A DNA stretch of 49,715 bases from Chrysochromulina tobinii (Eukaryota), in NCBI GenBank assembly GCA_001275005.1, contig JWZX01003341.1, forward strand, positions 1 through 49,715, given 5' to 3'. Position numbers and translations under genes: made by a program. Shown here piece by piece: positions 10,097-20,400 of this stretch (positions are counted from its first letter, which is position 1; each line of letters starts with the position of its first letter). The notes under the pieces were generated by a model. That model was not told where the DNA came from, searched no databases, and saw nothing but the letters and a program-made list of their open reading frames with translations.

Positions 10097-10635
10097 GAGT
10101 TGACGAGAACGCGCGCTCTATCTCTGAGAGAAGGATCTTTTTCGATGATCGACACCCAGTGAGACTAGAAGTAGAACGGCATGGATCGCATCGATTTTTT
10201 GAGTCGAGAGCGCGCATATAGCCGAGCGTACGTCCGTTTTAGCAGTAATTCCAAATTCGTTCGTCCGCCGGGATCGGACAACGGCAGCGCGTCCCGAATC
10301 CGGATCTCTGATGTGTGATTCACCTGAGAGCGCCGGAGTTCAGCGGCTCAGTTCTGACGTGAGACTGAGTTCAGCTCAACGGCGTTAAAGACATTAAAGA
10401 CATGGAATAAGAGAACTGCCAGTCCCCGGGGTCCCCGCGGCGCGCTACATGGCCGACGCGCGACGGGCGGCGGTATCCGATCTGCCGATCTGCGCGATGC
10501 GCGGTATCCGATCTACGGAGGCTGCGCAGCCGCATTCCTACATACACGCTGGGCAGTGAGGCACCGAAAGGCGCTGCGCTCGCCGCCGCTTGACGCGCCA
10601 CCTGATGGACGCCTTCGCGTTGGCAGTCTCTGATT

Positions 10636-11179
10636 TCACAGCTTGAGATTCTGCGGCTTGATTCGAAGCTGCTCGTCGGCGGTCATCTGCAGCTGGTAGC
10701 GGCCTGCTTCGGCGTCGAAGCCCATCACCTTGCCCACCTTGTCGTTCCACTTCGAGCCGCTGTCGCTTGTGAGCCCGTGTACACGACCACGCGTCCCCGC
10801 GGGCAGTATTAGATTAGATAGCTGCAGCGAGGCGCGACCAACGCCTGCGATGTCAGCATGGTAGCGATCCCTCTCGGCATCGTAGCCGGCGATGGTCGCC
10901 TTTTGGCCGTTGAGCTCCGCGCGGTTTTGCATGCCCACCACATGCGCCGTCACCTGCTGCACTAGATTGTCCAGCTTAATGCGCAGCACCTCCCCGTCGG
11001 CGAGATTCACCAAGTACCGATATGAGGTTGGGTCGTACTCTTCAACCTTACCTGCCTTGCCGTTGTGCTGTGCCGCGCCGCGCAGGCTGTGGACGCACAC
11101 GGGCGTGCCGGCGGGCAGCACGCTCGGCTGCTCGGGCGCTGCGCGTGAGCGTCGGCCTCCACCCATGCCGCCGCCCTTT

Positions 11180-11210
<31 letters not shown>

Positions 11211-11817
11211 GCATGCCGCCCATGCCTCCCATCATGGCGGCAAACTCCGGCGGCAACCCCCCCATGCCGCCCATGCCGGCATGCATGCCATGCATGCCGC
11301 CCATGCCGCCCATGCCTGGCCCGCCGGCCGTCGAGAAGGCGAAATGAGCGCCGGGGCCTCCCGCCGCGAAGCCGCCATTTGCCTGCTGGCCAAAGAGCAC
11401 CGAGAAGGGGTCCTGCCCGCCAAAGAATTGCGCAAAGATCTCTTCGGCCTGCCCGCGCGAGAAGCCACCGCCGCTCATGCCCGCGCCGTTGAGGCCCTTT
11501 CTGCCAAACTGGTCGTAGGTTTGTCGCTTCTCCTTATTGGAGAGCACCTCATAGGCCTCCGACACCTTCTTGAAATTCTCCTCTGCGAGCTCCTTGTGTT
11601 CGCCCGGGTTTTTATCCGGGTGGTACTTGATGGCGAGCTTCTTGTACGCTGCGCACACGGCGGCGTTAGCACACAGACTTAGCGTGAGGGTCCATGGCGG
11701 GCTGCAGCAGCTCGCATGCAGCGTAGGAGGTGCGCTACCTTTGTTGATCTCCTGCTCACTCGCGTCCTTTTTGACGCCGAGGATCGCATAGTAGTCGTCG
11801 CCGGTGATGCGCTCCAT
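10636..11817 (-). CDS. DnaJ/Hsp40 protein (J-domain, G/F and G/M regions, three C-terminal SH3-like repeats); in-frame intron 11649-11738
   Basis: DYYAILGV...[15 protein letters not shown]...[19 protein letters not shown]. Removing the 90-nt GT-AG intron gives EINKAYKKLA. Confidence 0.92.
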
Positions 11818-12000
11818 TCGGCGGTCGGCACGCGGCGACTCGAGAGCCTAGGTGTCTCGAGCGTCCGACGTCCAGACGCTCCGAGCTCGCGCCTCTTGCG
11901 TGCTCGGAATTTAGAAAGTTATTTCGTAGCGTAAAGATTCGTAAATTGGCGGCGCGTCTTTATGTACATGTACAATACCCACACTGCTCAAGTTATCCTA

Positions 12001-12130
12001 TCACAGCCAATGGTTATATTTATATTTCGGACACCCAAGACCTGAACTGAGCTGAACTGAGCTGAACCGGTACCACTACAAGTAGCTCGGGGACCCCTGG
12101 ACCGCCTTCCCACAGCCATACTCGAAAATC
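12001..12130 (+). repeat. Dispersed intergenic repeat, copy 1 (homologous to 44218-44276)
   Basis: Shares tcacagccaatggtt, ttcgg(a)cacccaagac, accgg, gtagct and tactcgaaaa in the same order with the copy at 44218. Confidence 0.7.
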
Positions 12131-12296
12131 CGCCGGGCCGGGCGCTTCGCCCCGCCCCCTGATCTCACCTGCTCATCCCGTTCCAAAGTTGGCACGAAAA
12201 CTTTGCGTTCTTCTGGGGCCTTTTTGCATTACACTCAATCAGTGTGGTCCCTGTCCGAGCGTCCGGAGAGGCCGGTCCTTGAGTCGTCGGCGAAGC

Positions 12297-14053
12297 ATGT
12301 CGTGCTTCGACAACATCATCCTGGCCACCGATAGCTACAAGGTTCCTTGCCTTCGTCAGGCCGACGTTTCAGACTGTCCAGCTTGCTGATCGGCCGCGCA
12401 CGTATCCTTCTCATCTCTCGCAGGTCAGCCACTACAGGCAGTACCCGCCTGGCACGGAGTATGTCTACTCGGTACGTGCCGCACGGCACAGCGCGCAGCG
12501 CGCTCACTGCCGCAGCAAACCAGCCCATGGCTCGTACTGTGCTGCGCAGTGCGCGGCGCCGAGCATTGCTCATGATTACTCGGTTCCATTGCCCTTGCCA
12601 ATGGGATCCCTGTGAGCGCCGTGAGCGCTCCAGCCGAGACGCGGCCCCTGCAGCTGCCTGCCGCGTTCCCGCTCGAACGCGCCTGCTCCACCGCCGCCTT
12701 TGCGCGCAGTACTTCGAGAGCCGCGGCGGCGTCTTCGAGGAGGTTGTCTTCTTCGGTCTGCAGTACTTCATCAAGCGCTACCTGTGCGGCGTGGTCGTCA
12801 CGGAGGACAAGATAGCGTACGCCAAGGAAATCCTGGACAGCCACATGGGTCCTGGGCACTTCAATGAGGAGGGCTGGAGGCACATCCTGACCGCGCACGG
12901 TGGCATGCTCCCGATCTCCATCAAGGCGGTGCCTGAGGGCACGGTCGTGCCTGTGAAGAACGCCCTCTTCACCATGGTGAATACAGACCCAAAGTGCTTC
13001 TGGTTGACCAACTATCTCGAGACGCTGATGGTCGAGGTGTGGTACCCGATGACGGTCGCGACCAATTCGCGCGAGCAGAAGAAGCTGCTGCTGAAGGCGC
13101 TCGCGGCGACAGGTGGCGATCCGTCCAACGCCGACCTGCAGCTGCACGACTTTGGTTACCGTGGCGTCTCGTCGGTCGAGTCGGCGGCCATCGGCGGCGC
13201 TGCGCACCTGGTCAGTTTCCAGGGCACGGACACGATGGCCGCGCTCATCTGCGTCAAGCACTACTACAAGGGCGGCGAGGCCCTCATCCCGGGGATCAAC
13301 GTGACAGTGCCTGTGCCGGGCATCTCGATCCCAGCGGCCGAGCACTCCACCATCACGTCGTGGGGTCGCGAGGGCGAGCTGGACGCGTTCCGCAACATGC
13401 TCACGCAGTACCCAGAGGGGGTCGTGGCCGTCGTTTCAGACTCGTACGACATCTTCAACGCGTGCTCCAATCTGTGGGGCACGGAGCTCAAGGAGATGAT
13501 TAAGAATCGCAAGGGGCGGCTGGTGGTGCGCCCCGACTCGGGCGAGCCTATGGAGATTGTGCCGCTGCTGCTCGACTTGCTTGGCAAGGCGTTTGAAGAG
13601 GATGTGACCACGACGAGCACCGGCCACAAGCTGCTGCCCCCCTACATTCGGCTCATCCAAGGAGATGGAATCTCGTACGAATCGCTCGGCGGCATCCTCG
13701 ACGCCGCCGCAGCCAAAGGTTGGGCGGCGGAGAACCTTGTTTTCGGCTCAGGCGGCGCACTGCTGCAGAAGCTGCACCGCGACACGCAAAAGTGCGCCTT
13801 CAAGTGCTCGGAGATCATCAAGGCCGACGGCTTGGCCACGCTCGTGTACAAGGACCCGATCACAGATAAGGGTAAGCAGTCCAAGAAAGGCAGGCTCACC
13901 CTCGAGATGCAGAACGGCAAGCTCACCACGGTCACTGAGGGCAAAGGTGACCCGAGCAAGGACGTGCTGATCGAAGTCTTCCGCAATGGCGTCATGACCG
14001 TCGAGCATGCCTTTAAGGACGTTCGCGCGCGCGCCGTGATCCCACCCCTTTAG
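12297..14053 (+). CDS. NAMPT: Nicotinamide phosphoribosyltransferase; exons 12297-12341, 12424-12471, 12710-14053
   Basis: The spliced N-terminus reads [38 protein letters not shown]. Also present: LHDFGYRGVSSVESA, IPAAEHSTITSWG, VVSDSYD, VVRPDSG, IQGDG, FGSGGALLQ, RDTQKCAFKCS, YKDPITDKGKQSKKGRL. Confidence 0.97.
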
Positions 14054-14884
14054 CGAGCGGGCTCACATCCCCATCGACGTGCCTCTGCTCCCCACAACCG
14101 CGGCCATAAGGGAGCAAGCACACTCCATGAGCATGGTGTGGGTGAGGTCAATCAAAAATTTCAATACAACATGTGCGGTGGAGTGCGGTCGTATAATTGT
14201 CAATTGCGCAAAAACGATATTAACTCACGTACACATCGTCCCGTCCTAGTCTCGCCCGATAACTGTTAAACTCCATGGGTTGCGAGCTTTATCCAATTCT
14301 TTGACGGGGACGACGCCGCTGATAGGTCTTAGGTGAAGCGGGCCGACGCACGACCGGCGCGCGACATCGGGTGAGACGGCGTGATGCGGGCCGCCCGACG
14401 CGCGCACGCGCGGGCCCACCGTCGGCGACACTTCAGAAAAGCTCGCGCTTCACAAGCGAACCGACAGCGTGAAGCGCACACACAAGAACACAGCACATGC
14501 CAGCTCGCGGACACGGTGCGCACAGGTCTCAGGTGCGAGGTGGCCTCCGGCACAGCCACGGGTACGGTAGCACGCACCCACCCTATTTCTCAACGCGCAT
14601 TCACGCACTCCATACGCATGCGTCATCTGATTGAGTACATCTCTGGTACACTACCTTGTATAGTGTACGCCTGGGCCCGCAGCGCTCCAGCTGCAGCTGC
14701 CACACCTCGCGGCGCACGACCGCACGTCGGCCGATACCCATCGTGACCTCGCCGTGCTTCGCGCCGCATATCCAGGCTCCGACACCAACTGAAGCCTTGC
14801 CCCCTACGAACATGACCGTGCGCAGCTCCCGTTGCGTCTCATCATCTGACATCATCTCGCTAGCCCCATCCTCATGTTTGTCTG

Positions 14885-15817
14885 CTAACGAACAGGTGAT
14901 GCCATATGAGTAGTGGTGGCGAAGCCGAGACCCATCCAGGTGATGCAAGACGGCGAGCGGACGCTGCGCTGCGTGGCCAAGAGCGGCTGCGGGAGCAACG
15001 AGGACCTCAGTGGATCGGCCACGGCCGGCGGTGCTACGTTCCGGCCGGCGAGGTGCAGACCAATCGAGCAGAAGAAGAAGCCTGCGAGCAGCAAGCATCG
15101 CGAGAGGAACAGAGCGCTCGTAGCGTCGCCGCCCTTGGCGGCGGCGAGGCCGTGGCAAAAGGAGGTGATCGCGAGAGGCGCTCCAGCGATCACGAACAGG
15201 ACGGCGGCGCGCTCGTCACGCACGCACACGCCGGCACCACATAGCCCGACGCCCGTGAACAGGAGAGGGGCTCCGAGCGCACCACCGCAGTGGCTCAGAG
15301 TGCGGGCTGCGGCCTCAGCCACCGAGAGACCCATTGACAGAGAAAAGAAGACGTTCTCCGCAAGGAGTAAGGCGATCACGGGCATGGCGACACAGCACAT
15401 GAGCGCAATGTGAAGCATGCGGTGACGTGGGCCGCCAGAGTGCGACGGAGCGGGCGGCAGAGCAGGTGCAACCTCCTCGTAGGACTCACGTGAGGAATGT
15501 GGTGCACGCGGCGATGCGGCTGGCCTTAGAGGGTGGTACGCTTCTTCGAGAGCATTGCAGCGCAGGATCATTGGCTTGTCGCGCACGTGCTGTGTTCCTG
15601 CAAGCTGTTGGCACGCTTTTCGGAGAGCGATGTTTGGCAGGAGCCGCGTCGAGCGAAGTGGGAGGAGCGTCAGCGGTGAGAGAGGCCAAAGCTTTGCGGA
15701 CCTCGCCTGCTCGAGCCATTGCTCGATGGCACATCGCTCGTACGAGTGACCATCAGCAGCGACGACGGGGTCACGCATCACCTCCAATGTGATGGGGCAG
15801 ATGAGGAAGTCGTGCAT
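14885..15817 (-). CDS. U-box domain protein with C-terminal hydrophobic (multi-TM) region; 3' end uncertain
   Basis: FLICPITLEVMRDPVVAADGHSYERCAIEQWL...SPLT...LLPNIALR is a canonical U-box; about four hydrophobic segments follow. Confidence 0.85.
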   Translation of the reverse strand: MHDFLICPITLEVMRDPVVAADGHSYERCAIEQWLEQARSAKLWPLSPLTLLPLRSTRLLPNIALRKACQQLAGTQHVRDKPMILRCNALEEAYHPLRPAASPRAPHSSRESYEEVAPALPPAPSHSGGPRHRMLHIALMCCVAMPVIALLLAENVFFSLSMGLSVAEAAARTLSHCGGALGAPLLFTGVGLCGAGVCVRDERAAVLFVIAGAPLAITSFCHGLAAAKGGDATSALFLSRCLLLAGFFFCSIGLHLAGRNVAPPAVADPLRSSLLPQPLLATQRSVRSPSCITWMGLGFATTTHMASPVR

Positions 15818-16261
15818 GGGCGTCACTGATGACTGACGCCACCGCGTGCGCTCGAAGATGACCGCTTTTTGACTCCTGACGCCACCAAACTTGATGAAAC
15901 AGTCCGAAGAGCGCCCTGCTCTCGGCGTAACGGCCGGAGTGTGGTCTTGGTATTCAGACGACGGGTCGCGATCGATGTTCGAATGCATGCTCTTCAGGTG
16001 ACCCAAATTTTGCGCGATGTGTCGACGTCATTGGAGTCCGCTCACACGTGGACGTCACGACCGGTCGGTCCCGTCGGTCCGCACTGCATGGGTACTCCGG
16101 ATTTGCGGATCTTTGCTGAGCTCTCGACGCCTGCGTCGACGCGATCCACGGCACTCAGGAACCACGAGCGCCGCTACCCGATAGGGAGCCCTCCTAGTTT
16201 GCAGAGTCGCTCGTCAGCTCCGCGGTACACGCTGCAGAACCTGCCAAACACGTACTCGAAC

Positions 16262-17221
16262 ATGAGCTCAGTTCAATTATCTTCAAGTCCATGGTCCCAT
16301 GCATTACTACGCCAACGGCAGATGCAGCTTCCTATGGCAGAGCGGCTGCCGCCGAGCATGCCGCAAAAGCAGGAGCAACGAGTGGAAACGGCCGAGCGGC
16401 CGCCTACGAAGGAGCATCAACAGCTGCAGCAAGCGAAGAGGTTACAGGAGCTTGAGCAGGAGCCTGAGCAGGAGTCGCAGGGGACGCACCGAGTGTCAGA
16501 GCGACGACACGTTGAGTATCTGCATACACGCAAGGCACCGAACAGGGCACCGATCATTGATACCCGCACCCTTGCATCGCCATCTTACAAGATCATCCTT
16601 GGCGTCTCGACATCCGACGTCGACCTCGCCTACGTCGTCGGGCTCACGTCGCAGCGCTTCAAGCAGTTCGCCGCTCGCATGGAGGTGCGCACGCCGCAGG
16701 GCTATATCGTCACCCCGGCACAGCTCGAGGGTGAGCCGTTTGCGACGTCGCACCTTCCGGACCCGCAGCCCCATCAGCAGTCAAACCGTATTCTATGGTC
16801 GCACGCAGAGAGCAAGCGCGCTGCCCGTGAGCATGCAGAGGCAGAGCGTGAGCTCATGCTCGAGCAAGGGCTGCGCTTCGACACGAGCTGGCGCTCGAGT
16901 ACAGAGTCTGTAGTCTCGGGCACGACAGGGGCGGCAAACCCGCTCTGGTGGGACGGGGACCATGAGGAAGACGAGGGACATGACCATGAGGATGCGGAGG
17001 AGCAGGAAGACCATGGCGAGTGCTGCAGCTGCAGTTGCGTCGCGTCGCGGCTGTGCGGGTGCCTCATATGCATGCTGCGAGGCTGCTTCGGCCCACACTG
17101 GGTGTGCTTTAGGTCGGCAGCGGAGATGCGCCGAGCCGCAAGACTCTCCGCACGACGGGCGGAGAGGGTCAAGGTGAAAAAGGCCTTGCGCGCGTACGTG
17201 AACTGGAAGAGCATGGTGTGA
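16262..17221 (+). CDS. Hypothetical protein (Q/E-rich N-terminus, acidic tract, Cys-rich C-terminal motif)
   Basis: Long ORF with protein-like composition, divergent from the U-box gene. No family recognised; start codon uncertain. Confidence 0.5.
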   Translation: MSSVQLSSSPWSHALLRQRQMQLPMAERLPPSMPQKQEQRVETAERPPTKEHQQLQQAKRLQELEQEPEQESQGTHRVSERRHVEYLHTRKAPNRAPIIDTRTLASPSYKIILGVSTSDVDLAYVVGLTSQRFKQFAARMEVRTPQGYIVTPAQLEGEPFATSHLPDPQPHQQSNRILWSHAESKRAAREHAEAERELMLEQGLRFDTSWRSSTESVVSGTTGAANPLWWDGDHEEDEGHDHEDAEEQEDHGECCSCSCVASRLCGCLICMLRGCFGPHWVCFRSAAEMRRAARLSARRAERVKVKKALRAYVNWKSMV

Positions 17222-17486
17222 TGCACCAACCAGCCTCGCACGGACGGCCGAGGCTCCGATGGCGCATGTGCTCTCCTCGCTCGACGTGCTCCACCTACTC
17301 CTTCCAGCCTCTCACGCATCTTTGTTCTTCGCTTTAACTGCAGTGTTGAAGTGGACGATCTAGCGCCTAGTTTTGCATGACATCACTTAGACATTCCTTC
17401 ATGATTTTAGTGTGTATGCTCAGAACTGATAAAGAAGGCGGGGCGACGCATTCACACCATGGCGTGTGCTGTTTTGGCGCGAATTG

Positions 17487-20400
17487 ATGTCGAGCTTTTC
17501 GTCTAACAACGTGTCGCCGCATGCTGCTCCGGTCGCCGACCTGACTAAAGTCTCGAGCGCCGAGAGCGAAGCGGACGACTCAGTGGCTCGTAAACGCCCG
17601 CGTTTCACAGTACAGTGCAGCGATGACCCAACAATGCTGCACGACGACAAGCCATTGCTGGATGCGGGACCGGCGGATGCTCCCCTCACAATTGAGGTCA
17701 GCGAAGATCGTATCGAGCTCGACCAGATGGTTCGCGTTATAGAGGCCGAGGAAAAGTCGCAAGCTGCAGAGCGCAGAATGGCCGCTGTGAAAGCTGCTGA
17801 GGCAGAGGCTGAGCATTCAGCCGCACCTCCGACAATAGACGATGGGAAAGGTGCCAGCTTAGCAGACGGCGGTTCCTTCGAAATCCTCGATTTCTCACTT
17901 TTTGACGAGGCTTCCAGTGTGAATGCATCTCCGCCACTCGCATCGCCCAACAAGAAGCTCGATCTCGGACTCATCGCCCAGCACCTCGAAGCCTCTCTAC
18001 CCTCTATAGAGCACGTGGCTGGGCGGAAAGTAGCGCTGATGCTCGGTAACACGGGCGTGGGGAAGTCGCTGCTACTTCAGGCGATGACTGGACGCAGAAT
18101 AACGCGACGGCCGTACGTGCCAATCAGCGTCACGGCCAATGCTTGCAGCACCGACGCGATGGATATCTCCGATGCCGAGCCAAAGGCATCGGATCAGAAG
18201 TTGGTGTGGGATGTGGAAGAGCCGCTCGAGGGCTTCGGCGTGGGTCACGAACAGAAATCAGAGACCAAGTGCATCCGCCACTACTCCGAGGGCGACGATT
18301 TCGATTCTATCGTGTATCTCGATGCTCCCGGGTACGCCCACACGACCTTGCTGCACGCAACGTTGCATTTACATGCACTTCTCACCGCCACTCAGTGCAT
18401 GCACCGCCTCTCAGTCCATGCACCTCTCACTGCCACCTCTCACCGCCACGCCCGCACTCGCGGCCGCTCCGTGCGCGCAGCTACGAAGACACGGCAGGCG
18501 TGGAGGTCGACATTGCGACGTCCATCGCTTTCAAGAAGGTCGCCGAGCGATGCTCTGCGCTCCGGTTTGTCGTGTTGGTAGACTGCCACACGTTTAGCGT
18601 CGACCGCGGTGGTGCGATGCGACGCGTCGCGGCGCTCATCTCCTCGTTTGTGCGCCCGTTCTTGCCTTTGAAGGAGTCTTTCACCTTCGTCTTCACAAAG
18701 GCCGACGCGCTGGGCGAGGCGGCGACACGCGAGGCGGCGCTTCAGCGGCTTAACACGGTGCTCAAGGAGACGCTCAGGGGCACGTCCGATGGTGACGTGA
18801 AGGAGGTGCTCAACTGGATGCTCTCGTGCCTGCATTTCAGCTACCCATTTGTTGACATTTACCATCCTGCGCTCTCGAACCCGCTGCTAGTGCGAAAGGC
18901 CATCGAGACTTTCGGTGCGCCCGCGGGGCCGAAAATGACATCGCTCACCTCGCCCCGTACCCAAGTACGTTGCGGCCTCACGGCCAAGGCGGAGAGCCAG
19001 ATCAAGCTCGACCTGGAGACACACCTGGAAGAGCTCCGCGTGTTGCTACTCAATGGGCACGCTGCGAGCGGCGCCGAGCTCCTCCGAACGCTCGACTTTC
19101 TCCGGCAGCACGTCGACAAAGGTTATGTGCAAGATGCGTATGCCAAAGCCGCGTCGTACTGGGGCGACCATGGCAAGGGCGTCCTCCTGACCGAGGCGTA
19201 CGCGCTCGTCGACGCGGGGCTGCTGCGTGACGACGCGGAGCTCCCTCTCGAGGTCATTGGACAAGGCCGCTGCGGCTTCACGGCAGAGCACGGCCGTGAG
19301 GCGCTGCGCCGCATTGCGCTTCTGCGGCTCTTTCTGCCGCACGAGGTGCCAGGAATGCCCGCAAGGGCCGCCGAGGAGGCACTCGAGTACTTGCGCAGAG
19401 GAGTTCGCGAATTGGGCAAGCGGGTGCATGCTGGGCTGATCCTCACGCTCGTTGGTCCGCACGAGACGAAAGCGGAACTGGCCCGTGCTGCGCACCTCAA
19501 TTTGCAAGCGTTCGTGGGCTCGGTTCTGGCCCTCGAGAAGCTGCGCCAATGGGTGGAAGTGCACCGTGAGTTTTGCGGCGCGGCAGACGGGGCGTCGGAG
19601 GCGATGCGCATGCACATGGAACAGCTGCATGCGATCGCTGCTTCGGAGACAACGGGCCAGCAACAGCTCGTGCTCGCTCTCAACCGCCTCTGGTACGCTG
19701 ACTCGAGCTGTGCGGCTGGTGAAGCACGTCTAAGCGCACTCGTCGAGACAGCCCGCGCCAAAGCTGCAGCGGCACTTGATGACGAGGCGATGTCTGACGA
19801 GGATCGACTGAGCGAGACGCGCCTCGCCTGCTACCGCGCATCTCTTACGCAGATTGAGGAGCTGCAAGGACTCTTGGACTGCGAGAACGCAAACCTCAAC
19901 AGCAAAGCTGCCTATGAGCTTCGCGAAACCGTTGGCATCGTGCGACGCAAGGTCTTGAACGACGCAAAGTCGCAGTTGCACCAACTGCTTCGCGAAATCG
20001 GCGAGGCTGTGGGAGCTTTTGACAACGCTTGGCTTGGCTTGGCCATCGGACACCCTAAACTTAGCGAGTCGCTTTGCCGCCTCGAGGAGTTAATGAGCCA
20101 CCTCGAGGTCTTCATGAGCATCATGTCACGCACCTCGCAATCACTGCTGAACGCGACGCAGCATGCGGAGTTCGAAACCGGCAACCTCGTGGCACAGGCG
20201 GCCAATATAGCTGGCAGCCCGGCGCGACGGCTCCTCTCTTTCTCAGTCGGCCTCTGCGAGCGCGAGATGCGAGACATCGAGCCGCTCTCAAACACGGCTG
20301 CGCATGCGGCGACGCTGAAACAGCTCGCTGCGTGCGTGTGGATCGATGACTGTCTGAGTGCTAGTGGGCAAGACGCAGAAGCTTTTGTTAGGAAGGGCGT

